Assembly: GCA_039799905.1 (NCBI GenBank)
Contig: JBDLRP010000030.1
Coordinates: 1 to 64,000, forward strand
DNA length: 64,000 bases
Reading direction: 5' to 3'
Source: Pseudomonadota bacterium
GTDB taxonomy: Bacteria; Bdellovibrionota_B; Oligoflexia; Silvanigrellales; Silvanigrellaceae
Shown here: positions 39,894 through 49,977 of the stretch, piece after piece
Layout: each line of letters opens with the position of its first letter
Position numbering within the stretch: the stretch's first letter is position 1
Made by a program: the position numbers and the translations under genes
The notes under the pieces: model-generated
What the model was told of the DNA's origin: nothing
The model's database searches: none
Seen by the model: the letters and a program-made list of their open reading frames with translations, nothing else

Positions 39894-41000
39894 ATGACAC
39901 AAACAAAATCGATGAGTCTTGAGGCTGCATTCGCCCAACTTGAAAAGCTGGCTCGCGATCGTGAGCAATCGGGTTCAGGCTTCTCGGCCGATGATGCACG
40001 CCGTCCGCTTATCCGCAGCGGCGTCAATTCCCAAAATCTAGACCCAGCCACGGGACAGGTGACCTGTGCGTGCGGACAACATCCGCTCGGTCTTTATCTG
40101 AAACCCGCCGGCAGCCGCAATGAATTCGCCATCTGTCCAGCATGTGACGCACAAGCCCGCTGCGAAGAATGTCAGGGTACGGGTCAATTGCGGCGATTCA
40201 ATCTGCTGACACTCAAAGACGAAATCATTCCCGGTGCATGTGCATGCAGAACCGGGCGCAAACGCGCCGATCTGCTCAACCGAATTCAGTTGCCGCACCG
40301 TTACCAGTCCGCCTCATTCGACACCCTTCAGCAGTCTCATCTGGGCAACAATCCGACACTGATTCAAAAGTTAAACCAATGCCGCGAACAGGTGATTGGT
40401 TTTTGCGAGAGCGTCACACCCTACCTGAACCATCAGGAACCTGCGCCCGAAAAGATTTTTCTCACCATGCTCGGTCCTGTGGGTACCGGAAAAACTCTCA
40501 TGGGCAGTGCTGCCCTCAAATGGCTTGTCGAGGAAACCGGCTGCACCGCGCGCTTTATCGATTTTCTGTTTTTATTGGGACAACTGCGCGAAACCTACAC
40601 ACAGAATTCTTCCGAAGAGCGGATACTCAAGCCATTACGTGAGGCGGACGTCCTTTTGATAGACGAACTCGGCAAGGGACGCGCCGAAAAAGCATGGCAG
40701 ATGGAGAAACTCGATGACCTCATCAACAGCCGCTATAATGAAGGCCGCGTAACAATTCTGACGACCAACTATCTGCCGCCCGAGGCCGCCTATGATCCGG
40801 TGCGCGCAGGCTTCCGCAATGCACCTGCAAATGAAACTTTCTGGGAACAGTCGCTGCCTGAACGAATCGGTGCGCGCATGTATGACAGAATTGTCGAAAC
40901 CTCGGTGTTCGTTGATTTTATCGGACTGCCGAGTTTCCGCGCTGCGGCGGCCGAAGGTTTTCTCAGAAGGCAGAGATCTGAAAACTCTAAAGGGTTTTGA
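39894..41000 (+). CDS. DnaC/IstB-like AAA+ ATPase with Cys-rich N-terminus
   Basis: GPVGTGKT, LLIDELG, SRYN...TILTTN, IGARMYDRI; CAC..H, CPAC, CEEC, CAC. Confidence 0.85.
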   Translation: MTQTKSMSLEAAFAQLEKLARDREQSGSGFSADDARRPLIRSGVNSQNLDPATGQVTCACGQHPLGLYLKPAGSRNEFAICPACDAQARCEECQGTGQLRRFNLLTLKDEIIPGACACRTGRKRADLLNRIQLPHRYQSASFDTLQQSHLGNNPTLIQKLNQCREQVIGFCESVTPYLNHQEPAPEKIFLTMLGPVGTGKTLMGSAALKWLVEETGCTARFIDFLFLLGQLRETYTQNSSEERILKPLREADVLLIDELGKGRAEKAWQMEKLDDLINSRYNEGRVTILTTNYLPPEAAYDPVRAGFRNAPANETFWEQSLPERIGARMYDRIVETSVFVDFIGLPSFRAAAAEGFLRRQRSENSKGF

Positions 41001-41439
41001 GTTCAGTCTTCTTGTAGCTGATCATTGTGCGCTTGGCGTCGAATAAATTTCGGTAACTTTCATAACGAATGCGAAGTTTTTCTGAATCGGCACGGGTTTG
41101 TGCGATCTGCTCGAGCAGCTGAACGTATTCGGGATCCGCCTCGGCAAGGCGCTTGAGGCGTCCTTCCGGAATCGAATTTTCAGTTCCCGCATCATTTTCG
41201 ATCCGGTTCATGATCCGCGAGCGCACGGTTGTGCGCAGCAACTCGAGGCGCTCCGCGTCGCGTCGTTTGTCGACGTATTCAAGACCGATTTTGTTTGCCA
41301 GCTGAATGATTTCCTCGAGTGACAAATCTCTTTGACTCTGCGAGGCGCCAACACCCGCAGCAGGTGTCTGTGACGTTGAATGAGGATCGTTTTTATCCAC
41401 GTCAGCCTCGCAGAAAAATGGAACAGCCAAGTGCCGCAC
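40987..41439 (-). CDS. helical hypothetical protein
   Basis: Amphipathic helical ORF downstream of nadA; LAEADPEY motif; start uncertain. Confidence 0.6.
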   Translation of the reverse strand: MRHLAVPFFCEADVDKNDPHSTSQTPAAGVGASQSQRDLSLEEIIQLANKIGLEYVDKRRDAERLELLRTTVRSRIMNRIENDAGTENSIPEGRLKRLAEADPEYVQLLEQIAQTRADSEKLRIRYESYRNLFDAKRTMISYKKTELKTL

Positions 41440-41466
41440 TGCGGCTCACTACGAACATTCGCGCTA

Positions 41467-42558
41467 TCAGCTCATCGACAGCATACGGGCCAGAGCTGTT
41501 TGCGCAAGCGATCGTACAGGCTCCGCCACAGAAATCACATTTACCGGATGTCCTGCGGTGATCGACTCCATGGCCCACGCGAGGTGCGCGAGGTCAATCC
41601 GGTTCATCGTACCGCACAGGCACATGTATCTGTTCAGGCTCACCACCGTCTTGTCGGGATTTTCAGTGGCGATTCTGTTGACGAGATTCATTTCGGTGCC
41701 GACTGCCCATTTGCTGCCTGCCGGACTCTCGGCAATTGTTTTGACGATAAATTCCGTCGAACCAACGGCATCCGAACGATCGACGACCTCCATCGGGCAT
41801 TCAGGATGGCTGATGATGCGAAATTCAGGATCCTGCGTCCGGAGTTGATCAATTTGCTTGAGTGTGAACATTGCATGCACGGGACAATGACCTTCCCAGA
41901 GAAAAATCCGTGCATCGCGGATTCGTTCCTTGCTGTTCCCGCCAAGTAATTTGCCCGGTTTCCAAAGAAGCATGCTCTCGGGAGCAAAGCCCATCTTTTT
42001 GCAGGTGTTGCGTCCGAGATGCTGATCGGGAAAAAAGAACAGCGCCTTGCGCTCTTTGAGTGCCCACTCAACAATCTTCTCTGCATTTGAACTGGTACAG
42101 ACAATTCCGCCTTTTTGTCCGACGAAAGCCTTCAGCGCCGCAGTAGAGTTGATATAGGTCACGGGCATGATGCTCTCGTGTCCGAGTGTGGCAACCAACT
42201 CGTTCCATGCAAATTCGACGTCATCAGCGTCGGCCATGTCCGCCATATCGCAACCTGCGCCCATGTCGGGCAGCACGACAATTTGCTTGCCGCGTTTGAG
42301 AATATCGGCACTCTCGGCCATAAAATGCACACCGCAATAGACGATATATTCAGCTTTTTCCTGCTCCGCTGCGAACTGCGCAAGCTTGAGGGAGTCGCCG
42401 CGCATGTCACCAATCTGCACTATTTCTGGCCGCTGGTAGTGATGTGTGAGCACTACGACACGATCGCCGAGCTGTTGCTTCGCCCGCAGAATGCGGGTTT
42501 TGAGCTCATCGTCGCTCAGCGACGGATAGGGGGAGGGCAGGGGTTGCTGATAAATCAT
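41467..42558 (-). CDS. nadA: quinolinate synthase
   Basis: HHYQR, GDSL, CGVHFMAE, AGC.MA, TYINS, CTSSNA, PDQHLG, C.VH, HPEC, C.TM. Confidence 0.96.
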   Translation of the reverse strand: MIYQQPLPSPYPSLSDDELKTRILRAKQQLGDRVVVLTHHYQRPEIVQIGDMRGDSLKLAQFAAEQEKAEYIVYCGVHFMAESADILKRGKQIVVLPDMGAGCDMADMADADDVEFAWNELVATLGHESIMPVTYINSTAALKAFVGQKGGIVCTSSNAEKIVEWALKERKALFFFPDQHLGRNTCKKMGFAPESMLLWKPGKLLGGNSKERIRDARIFLWEGHCPVHAMFTLKQIDQLRTQDPEFRIISHPECPMEVVDRSDAVGSTEFIVKTIAESPAGSKWAVGTEMNLVNRIATENPDKTVVSLNRYMCLCGTMNRIDLAHLAWAMESITAGHPVNVISVAEPVRSLAQTALARMLSMS

Positions 42559-42722
42559 AGGAACTCCCAAACGATCGGTACGCTCCGTCCTAATCCCGAC
42601 TGGGCAGCGAATTCAACCCGAATTTCGTACGATTTAAACAAGGCCGGTGTTTGACATTGGCCGGCAAACCCTATTTCCTTGAGCCGGCAAAACAGACAGA
42701 CCAGCGAAGGAGCTAAAGCCCG

Positions 42723-43598
42723 ATGACTATGGAACTTACCCAACCAACTCAAATCAAACGCGTCGGCGTGGTCGGCGCGGGCCAGATGGGCAATGGAATC
42801 GCTCAGGTGCTTGCACAGTCGGGTTTCAGCGTCACACTCATGGACGTTTCGGAAGCTTCGCTGAAGAAGGCGATGGGCAGCATCGAAAAAAGCCTCGCGA
42901 AATTGTTCGAAAAGGGCAAACTTCCAGAACATCCTCCGATGATTCTCGGCAGAATCAAATGCACCACCCAGCTGAAAGACTTTGCCGACTGCGATTTTGC
43001 GGTGGAAGCCGTCAGTGAGCAGGAGGAACTCAAAAAGTCGATCTTCAAACAGCTCGACGAAGTTCTTCCGGCTCATGCCATTCTCGCATCAAATACCAGC
43101 AGCCTGCCGATCACTCGTTTGGCCAGCTCAACCAAGCGTGCCGGACAGTTCATCGGCATGCACTTCATGAATCCCGTACCGGTCATGCAGCTGGTGGAAA
43201 TCATCCGCGGTCATGCGACTTCTGAAAACACCTACCAGCTCACCAAATCTCTTGCAGAAACTGCTGGGAAGACGACTGTCTGCTCGCAGGACTACCCCGG
43301 TTTTATCGTCAACCGGATTCTCATGCCGATGATCAACGAAGCGTTTTTTACGCTGATGGAAGGCATCGCCTCGGCAGAAGACATTGACGCCGGCATGAAG
43401 CTTGGCACCAACCAACCCATGGGCCCGCTCACATTGGCAGACTTCATCGGTCTGGATACCTGCCTGGCAATCATGAAGGTCCTTCACGAAGGTCTCGGAG
43501 ACAGCAAGTACCGCCCTTGCCCGCTGCTGAAAAAGTACGTCGACGCTGGCTTTTTGGGGCGTAAAACAGGACGCGGAGTGTACGTCTACAACGGCTGA
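42723..43598 (+). CDS. hbd: 3-hydroxybutyryl-CoA dehydrogenase
   Basis: [42 protein letters not shown]. Confidence 0.92.
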   Translation: MTMELTQPTQIKRVGVVGAGQMGNGIAQVLAQSGFSVTLMDVSEASLKKAMGSIEKSLAKLFEKGKLPEHPPMILGRIKCTTQLKDFADCDFAVEAVSEQEELKKSIFKQLDEVLPAHAILASNTSSLPITRLASSTKRAGQFIGMHFMNPVPVMQLVEIIRGHATSENTYQLTKSLAETAGKTTVCSQDYPGFIVNRILMPMINEAFFTLMEGIASAEDIDAGMKLGTNQPMGPLTLADFIGLDTCLAIMKVLHEGLGDSKYRPCPLLKKYVDAGFLGRKTGRGVYVYNG

Positions 43599-43611
43599 TT
43601 GCGGGCGACTG

Positions 43612-44217
43612 CTAAACGCGCGGAGCCTGCACAACGACCGCAAATCCGCGCACAACTTGCCCTTGATTTTCGGAGTGCGCCCGATAGACGTGTTTTTGGT
43701 CGCCGTCGAATCGCAACAGATCGCCCTGTGAAACAAGGAAAACTTCGCCGCCCACATCAACCTCGCAGCGGCCTTCCACCACGAAGAAGTACTCTTCCGT
43801 GCCGCTGGCATGCGGGTTGGAACAAAGCTGCTGTTGCTCCTTGAGGACAATTTCTTCAATCACCAGATATCGAGCCTGAGCGGGCGTCAGCCGCAGCGTT
43901 TCAATGAATTCCTGCGATGTTGAACCGCTAGTGGAAGGATACGCGAGGCGAGCGTGGTGTTCGCTGCGGAACAGTGTTGCGCGAGGCTCCCGCTGAGTCA
44001 GCAGGTCGGTGATGCTCACACCAAATCCACGCGCGATCCCCATCAGCACTTGCAAGGTCGGATTGCCTTCGCCGCGCTCCAGACTTGCAATCGTGCTGCG
44101 GGGAATACCCGAACGCTCGGACAGCTGTTCCTGACTGAGGGACAGTTCCTTGCGCAAGGCTTTCATGTTTGATGCGAGACAGGCCCCCGCGCCGTCGTCT
44201 CCCGACGCCATGTGCAT
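43612..44217 (-). CDS. XRE-family HTH plus cupin transcriptional regulator
   Basis: LSQEQLSERSG...STIASLERGEGNPT; H..GTEE, GD.LRF.GD..H.Y; RBS AGGAGG. Confidence 0.88.
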   Translation of the reverse strand: MHMASGDDGAGACLASNMKALRKELSLSQEQLSERSGIPRSTIASLERGEGNPTLQVLMGIARGFGVSITDLLTQREPRATLFRSEHHARLAYPSTSGSTSQEFIETLRLTPAQARYLVIEEIVLKEQQQLCSNPHASGTEEYFFVVEGRCEVDVGGEVFLVSQGDLLRFDGDQKHVYRAHSENQGQVVRGFAVVVQAPRV

Positions 44218-44578
44218 CACCCCCTCCTTCTCTTCGGCAGTACAACTTGAAATTATACTAGTATTCACATCTTAGCAGACTTAGCCACCAGATCTGCTGA
44301 AAATAATTGAAGTTTGTTGATAGTCTGACTGTTTTTGCCAACCCCACAACACCAACTCGCGTGAAAACGTAATTTTCAGCTGGATAAATCGTAAACACCA
44401 ATGTTCAAAAAATGGTCAGAGACAGGGTCCCTCACTTCTGAAACAGCAGAAAAATCCATTCATTCCGGACTTAAAACTTATTCTGAAGTTGGCACGAAAA
44501 TTGATGAGAGATGACCAGTCCCCTGTGCCTAGAGGTCTGTGGGGGTTCAACAATCGTTTTTGTTTTGGAGGACACTTT

Positions 44579-45352
44579 ATGCGTCAACTCATCATTCCCT
44601 TGGGTACTCTCTTGACAGTTGTGAGCATCGTCGCGTGCAGCTCGGACGACAGTTCTTCGGGTGAACAAGCACCGCCGCCCGCTTCGCAAATTAAGAATGA
44701 TAGCCCGCAGCAGCAGAATCAGGACGCAAACAAGACCAATCCGACACAACAAACACCTGTGACACAAACCCCCGTTCAACAGGCGCCTGCAGGCTATTTT
44801 GAGGCGACTAGCGGTTCGCAGCGCTACCTGATTCCCAACAACAGCTTGATCGCCATTCAGTTCCCAGTCGAAATCACCGCCAATCCGGAGAAAAACATCA
44901 GTCTCCCAGGCGCAGGTGACGAGGCAGTTCCGGAAGACAAGCTCCCGCAGGTTACGGTCGCTGTGAAAGACATTCAGGGTGCACCGGTGTTTGCAGCGGG
45001 CTCGCGCCTGATTGGTACAATCAAGATGAGTGCTCCCAAGGCAATCTTTAACGTCACTGGCGTTAAATATGGTTCCACTGTTTACAACATGGCAGCGAAC
45101 GCTGAAGTGACTTCCACGAAGTTCGACCGCAGCAACGCGAGCTTCACCAACATCTTGCTCGGTGCATTGGGCGGCGCTGGAATTGCCGTCCTCATCGACG
45201 GCACCGGCAGCGACAGGTCCATCACCTGGTGGGCTCCGCTGATTGGTGCAGCGGGTGGCGGCATTGCAGCTGCGCTCCTGTTCAAAGACACCAATTCATT
45301 TGTTCAGGTGAAGGCAAACGAAAGCGCTGTGCTCGTTCCCGGCCCCCGCTAA
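44579..45352 (+). CDS. lipoprotein with beta domain and C-terminal glycine-zipper hairpin
   Basis: RBS GGAGG, IVAC lipobox, Q/P-rich linker, AGSRLIG, GALGGAG...GAAGGG. Confidence 0.75.
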   Translation: MRQLIIPLGTLLTVVSIVACSSDDSSSGEQAPPPASQIKNDSPQQQNQDANKTNPTQQTPVTQTPVQQAPAGYFEATSGSQRYLIPNNSLIAIQFPVEITANPEKNISLPGAGDEAVPEDKLPQVTVAVKDIQGAPVFAAGSRLIGTIKMSAPKAIFNVTGVKYGSTVYNMAANAEVTSTKFDRSNASFTNILLGALGGAGIAVLIDGTGSDRSITWWAPLIGAAGGGIAAALLFKDTNSFVQVKANESAVLVPGPR

Positions 45353-45372
45353 GGGCACGTTCCCACAGACAA

Positions 45373-45414
45373 GCAAAAGGTCCGTACATCACCTTTGATG
45401 TGCGGACCTTTTGC
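45373..45414. terminator. bidirectional terminator
   Basis: GCAAAAGGTCCGTACATC / GATGTGCGGACCTTTTGC inverted repeat between convergent genes. Confidence 0.8.
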
Positions 45415-45439
45415 CGTGGCTGAAAATCTCAAACGAAAA

Positions 45440-47092
45440 TTATTTTATCGCCTTAGCGGGAATAAAAGTCATTGCCCTTTCGGTCATGGCTGTAATCGTC
45501 AGACTCGGATTCACACCGAGATTTGCAGGAACCGCTGAACCGTCGCACACCCAGACACCCTGATAACCGAAGAGTCGCTGCTGCGAGTCAATCACGCCCT
45601 CAGAGGGCGACTGCCCCATTGGACACCCGCCTAAAATGTGCGCCGTGGTTGGAATATTCACTGTTACCTGTGTCACAGCACACTGCGCTTTTCCGCCGAC
45701 GCGATCGGCAAACCACTCGGTGAATTCATTTGCCGCGGGAATCTCGGAAGGCACTTTATCGCTTCCATCCTCGCGCTCGGACACCAACCCACTGCGAAAA
45801 AAAGTGAAGGGACTGCGGCCGAAGCGCACGCGTATACGATTGTCCAAGTCTTGCATGACAAGAAAAATCACGCTCGTTTCGGCCCAGCGCGGATTGAACG
45901 TAAAGCGCAGAAATTCGATGGGACGGGTCAAAATTCGCCAGACAAATTTCGCTGAGCGTCTGAGTTCACTCGGATCGCTGATGAGCGGCGTTGCAAGCAA
46001 CCTCATGAAATTTGACCCAACGGGATAACGCACCGGCTCAATGGCGGTGTCGGCGTCTGCCTTGAAAATCGAAGAGATCGCGATTCCGTGTGAGTAGGGC
46101 AGCTTGCGTGTTGAGCCAAGTTCAGTGCTGCCGGTAAAAACTTCGCTGTTGGTGCGGACGTGGTGGCCAAGCAGATTTGAAACATTCGGCAGAGTTTTGT
46201 GCTTATCGCGGCATTCAAGCAACAGCCGGAGAGTGCCCAGCACACCCCCCGAAAGGATGACGTGTTTACTTCGAATCTTTCGACGCTTCGGAAAGAACAA
46301 CGAGTCCACCGACTGTGCCGACAATTCCCAGCCCGCGCTGCCGTCTTCGTTCAGCGGCCGCAGAGCGGTTATTTTTGTCAGCGGCTGAACAACGGCTCCG
46401 CGCTTTTCAGCGAGATAAAGATAGTTTTTATCGAGAGTGTTTTTTGCATTGTACCGACAGCCAACCATGCATCCGCCGCAGAAATTGCAACCGGTCCGCT
46501 CGGGTCCCTCGCCATTGAAGTAGGGATCGGCCACCGTGCGGCCAGCCTCTCCGAAAAAGACAGCAACTTCCGTTGGCGCAAAACTTTCCTGAAGGCCTTT
46601 GGCTTTGGCGTATTCCTCGATCGTATTGTCGATGAACGTGAGCTTTGGATTGGTTGCCGCACCGAGCATTTTTTTTGCAAGCGCATAGTATGGAGCAAGC
46701 ACTTCACGCGCATTTCCGATGACCCGCCACGACGGACTTTCGAACGCCTTGTCGGAAGGAACCATGAGTGTGTTGGCGTACACCAGGCTGCCGCCGCCCA
46801 CACCAGCGCCGCTGAGAATTAAAACATCTTTGAAAAATGTCAGCCGCTGTATGCCAAAACACTTAAAAATAGGTGCCCATAAATAACGCGGCAGGTCCCA
46901 GTTCGATTTTGCATAATCTTGCGGGCGGAAGCGGCGTCCTTGCTCGACGACGCAAACCTTGTATCCCTTCTCACTCAAACGGAATGCGGACACGCTGCCG
47001 CCGAATCCCGATCCGACGATGACAAAATCAAAGTCAAAATCTTCACCACCGGTGCGCTCGTGATTTTCAGACACCCCAGACCTCATTGGCAA
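45440..47092 (-). CDS. GMC oxidoreductase, cholesterol oxidase (ChoD)-like
   Basis: VGSGFGGSV, GVGGGSLVYAN, C.FCG.CM.GC..NAKNTLDKNYL, TAHILGG, GVNPSLTI. Confidence 0.88.
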   Translation of the reverse strand: MPMRSGVSENHERTGGEDFDFDFVIVGSGFGGSVSAFRLSEKGYKVCVVEQGRRFRPQDYAKSNWDLPRYLWAPIFKCFGIQRLTFFKDVLILSGAGVGGGSLVYANTLMVPSDKAFESPSWRVIGNAREVLAPYYALAKKMLGAATNPKLTFIDNTIEEYAKAKGLQESFAPTEVAVFFGEAGRTVADPYFNGEGPERTGCNFCGGCMVGCRYNAKNTLDKNYLYLAEKRGAVVQPLTKITALRPLNEDGSAGWELSAQSVDSLFFPKRRKIRSKHVILSGGVLGTLRLLLECRDKHKTLPNVSNLLGHHVRTNSEVFTGSTELGSTRKLPYSHGIAISSIFKADADTAIEPVRYPVGSNFMRLLATPLISDPSELRRSAKFVWRILTRPIEFLRFTFNPRWAETSVIFLVMQDLDNRIRVRFGRSPFTFFRSGLVSEREDGSDKVPSEIPAANEFTEWFADRVGGKAQCAVTQVTVNIPTTAHILGGCPMGQSPSEGVIDSQQRLFGYQGVWVCDGSAVPANLGVNPSLTITAMTERAMTFIPAKAIK

Positions 47093-47114
47093 ATTTGAGT
47101 TTCAATCCGGAACA

Positions 47115-47939
47115 TCAGGGAGCCGCTCCGGAACCGGCCTTCGGCTTAGCCTTTTTTCCGGACCCTTTGCCAGCTGGTTTTTTACCTGGCGTCTTTGCCG
47201 GCGGCTTGACTGGTTCCGGCGCCCGCTGACTTGCAGGCACGGGCAAGTAGTAGGCAATTCCACCGCCAAAGGTAAGTGCACTCAGCTTATTCTGGCCTCC
47301 AACCACGTTAACGGCAACTTCTTCGCCATCAAGAATAGTGAGCGGACCACCAGTTGTTTCGAACGACCCGGTCGCATAATCGCCCATCCCGAAAACGCTC
47401 AAAGAGTTCAGGATAAAAAATTCTGCAAAGGCGCCGAATCGCAGACGCGAGAGTTTCTGCATCTTCAAATCGAGTTCGTTTGCAGGCTGTGCGACCGCCA
47501 GAGCAAACTTGGCTCCAAGGCCCAAATCGTAAGAGAAATATCCAGAAGCTCTGAGCTTTTTCAAGGCAAAATCGACCGACAATCCAACCGGCAAATAGCT
47601 GAAGCTGAGAGTGTCTTTTACAGCCCCATCGGTACTTGCCGACATAGTGCGAAAACCCAACAGGGCGCTCACGGACAGAGGACCCATTTCCAGAGGAGTC
47701 ACTGCAAGATCACCGCCGAAGAAAATGAGCGCGCGACTGACTGTTTTTTTATCGGGATTCGAGAGCACTTTCGATGGATCAGCCGGATCCACCAAAACAG
47801 TGCTGGGAATTGTCAACAGTTCACTGCCGCCGTATGGTCTAATCCCCAACGAAAAGGCAGAAGCCTGCATTGGGCTGGCCAAACCGCACGTCAGTGCAAC
47901 GAAGATTAGTCTGGTCGGGCCAAATCTCAAACAGCTCAT
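47115..47939 (-). CDS. putative outer-membrane beta-barrel protein with Pro/Lys tail
   Basis: Signal peptide (ASA), alternating amphipathic strands, GGGIAYY then PAKTPGKK tail. Confidence 0.55.
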   Translation of the reverse strand: MSCLRFGPTRLIFVALTCGLASPMQASAFSLGIRPYGGSELLTIPSTVLVDPADPSKVLSNPDKKTVSRALIFFGGDLAVTPLEMGPLSVSALLGFRTMSASTDGAVKDTLSFSYLPVGLSVDFALKKLRASGYFSYDLGLGAKFALAVAQPANELDLKMQKLSRLRFGAFAEFFILNSLSVFGMGDYATGSFETTGGPLTILDGEEVAVNVVGGQNKLSALTFGGGIAYYLPVPASQRAPEPVKPPAKTPGKKPAGKGSGKKAKPKAGSGAAP

Positions 47940-48020
47940 GATACCCTCGTTAAGTGCGCTTCATGAGGGTATCGGACGAATATCCGTGAACTTTTGCTGA
48001 CCTTTTGTGTCAGCGAATTG

Positions 48021-48728
48021 TCATGGCTTTTCTTGTAGATCCGCGTGGTTCGACAGGTAGACAAAGTTCTTGCCGTTAAGCGCACATGCTCCCGCTTCGG
48101 CCGCCGGATACGATACCGCAACAACTTCGAATGCAATGTTTTGTTGAACTCCAAGGCTCTGGAATTGAGTCACGGCGGAAACGTCGCCGGACACTTCAAT
48201 CTTGGTTCCGCTCGGGACAAAACAGTTGGCGACAATTGACTGAGATGCGATGGCAACAAATGAGTCCTGCTTGAAAACAACCAGCCTGTTCTTGGCAGGT
48301 TCAGGCTGTGCTGGTTCAGGCTTCACTGGTTCAGGCTTCACTGGTTCAGGCTTCACTGGTTCGGGCTTCACTGGTTCGGGCTTCACTGGTTCAGGCAGCA
48401 CTGGTTCAGGCTTCACCGGTTCGGGCAGCACTGGTTCGGGCTTCACTGGTTCGGGCAGCACTGGTTCAACCGACGTTGATTCTTTTTGATCCGCTCCGGT
48501 TGCGGCCTCGATGTTCGCGCCGCGTTGCAAACATTGTCCCTCGAAAACGGCCTGAGGGTCGTCTTGGCACAACTTCGCACGGTCGACAGCCGAGCGACGC
48601 TGGGTGGGGTCGTTGGCACATGACACGATCAAGCATGCTAGAGCAGGAAAAATTGCAAGCGAACAAAAGTTGTGATTGTTCCGCGCAGTGTTGGCCGAGC
48701 CTAATTTTGTTGAGCAAAACTTCATCAC
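48021..48728 (-). CDS. lipoprotein with PEPVK repeat stalk
   Basis: IVSC lipobox, about 11 (EPVKP/EPVLP) units, C-terminal two-Cys domain. Confidence 0.72.
   Translation of the reverse strand: MMKFCSTKLGSANTARNNHNFCSLAIFPALACLIVSCANDPTQRRSAVDRAKLCQDDPQAVFEGQCLQRGANIEAATGADQKESTSVEPVLPEPVKPEPVLPEPVKPEPVLPEPVKPEPVKPEPVKPEPVKPEPVKPEPAQPEPAKNRLVVFKQDSFVAIASQSIVANCFVPSGTKIEVSGDVSAVTQFQSLGVQQNIAFEVVAVSYPAAEAGACALNGKNFVYLSNHADLQEKP
48298..48468. repeat. 15-bp coding tandem repeat, about 11 copies
   Basis: GGTTC(A/G)GGC(TT/AG)CACT units. Confidence 0.95.
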
Positions 48729-48735
48729 CGCAACC

Positions 48736-49335
48736 TCACTTACAATTCGGAACAGACGTGGGAGTCACGCTAAAATGGGCAGAAAACAAATATCCGGGCG
48801 CAATTAAGCAGCCAGTGATATCGTGACCAACTGCCTTGAACTCTGTCTGAGAAACGCGGCAAAGATCATTCACCAAAAAAGTTGCCGTTGCGACACAATA
48901 ATCCAAGCCTTCCTGGTAGGCAGCTTTGTTAGCTGTAATGTCCAAGTTTTGTTTTGCCTTCAGGTATGTTTCTGTAGTCACACTGGTTCGTAGGGAGAGT
49001 TTGAACTTACCGACCGGAACAGCGCCTCCCTGACCATCGGGAGCCGAGTCCGTATCACCTCCGGAGCCCGACGAAGCGGCAGTCGCCCTACACACCTGAT
49101 TTTTCTCAACCTCTGCCTTGGTCTTCACCTCTTGAGTCGTCTTCCCGCCACTTCCGACACAGGTCACGAGAAACGACCCACTCACCGCCTTGTCGGCAAC
49201 GATATCCTTGACGACCAAAAATCCCTCGGCCTTCTGACCGGCAGCCAAATCGTTCAATCCAGACTGTGACGAATCAACGCAGGCCGAAATCAGAGCGAAC
49301 GCGATGATGCCGGTTGATACTCTTGCCAAGGACAT
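48736..49335 (-). CDS. hypothetical lipoprotein
   Basis: RBS GAGGGG, ISAC lipobox, two Cys-containing domains joined by a G/S linker. Confidence 0.7.
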   Translation of the reverse strand: MSLARVSTGIIAFALISACVDSSQSGLNDLAAGQKAEGFLVVKDIVADKAVSGSFLVTCVGSGGKTTQEVKTKAEVEKNQVCRATAASSGSGGDTDSAPDGQGGAVPVGKFKLSLRTSVTTETYLKAKQNLDITANKAAYQEGLDYCVATATFLVNDLCRVSQTEFKAVGHDITGCLIAPGYLFSAHFSVTPTSVPNCK

Positions 49336-49455
49336 GAGCGCTGCCCCCTCATGAAATCCAAATAATTTAGCGAGCGTATCGGCAGGCGCAGAGGGAAAAT
49401 AAAGTGGAAATAAAATATTACCGTTCTTACAGATGGATAAGTGCACGATGAAATT

Positions 49456-49779
49456 TCACGACGCGGATTTTTCTTGCTCCATGAGCACATCGTGGCGCAA
49501 TTTCTTTTCAAAAAGTCTGCGTTTGATGCTCTCCCTTACAGACTCATCGGTTGCCTCCGCGAGGCGCTCGGAAAGCTGCAGTATTTCTTTTTTGAGCTGC
49601 AAGACGGGAGGAATGAAGCCTGCGTTTTTAAGAATCCGCTGTGCGAGCCGCAAATGCAGTGGAACGAATTGCCCCTCGTCGAGGTCCAGTGGCTGTCCGC
49701 GCAGGCTGAGGTTGTCGAACTCGCCGTTGTCGATTGCCTCCCTGATTTTGTTTTCTGCTATGATTTCAAACGCATTCAT
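49456..49779 (-). CDS. DUF1992-family protein
   Basis: IAENKIREAI.NGEFDNL..RGQPL, RILKNAG..PP; RBS AGGAG. Confidence 0.85.
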   Translation of the reverse strand: MNAFEIIAENKIREAIDNGEFDNLSLRGQPLDLDEGQFVPLHLRLAQRILKNAGFIPPVLQLKKEILQLSERLAEATDESVRESIKRRLFEKKLRHDVLMEQEKSAS

Positions 49780-49977
49780 GAAAAAACCACTCCTTGCAGG
49801 TGTTTCTTCACCATTCATAGGAAATATCGGCATATATTCTGAATTCCGTGAGCTGAGCAGTGAAAAAGCCAACAAGTCCGCATATCCATCGGGCAACCAG
49901 CCAAAACAACGCATTGTTTTGACTCTGCCGGCAGGGCCTCCGTCGGGTATACTCCGTAGACCAATTAAGGAATCAAA

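Noticed and set aside
39607..41439. IS21 element or prophage around the IstB/DnaC-like ATPase
   Set aside because: No IstA transposase, integrase, terminal repeats or phage structural genes; flanked by eno and nadA
48250..48826. Plus-strand repeat ORFs (GSGFT)n and (LVQAS)n
   Set aside because: Alternative readings of the 15-bp repeat; the minus-strand lipoprotein has a lipobox and operon context
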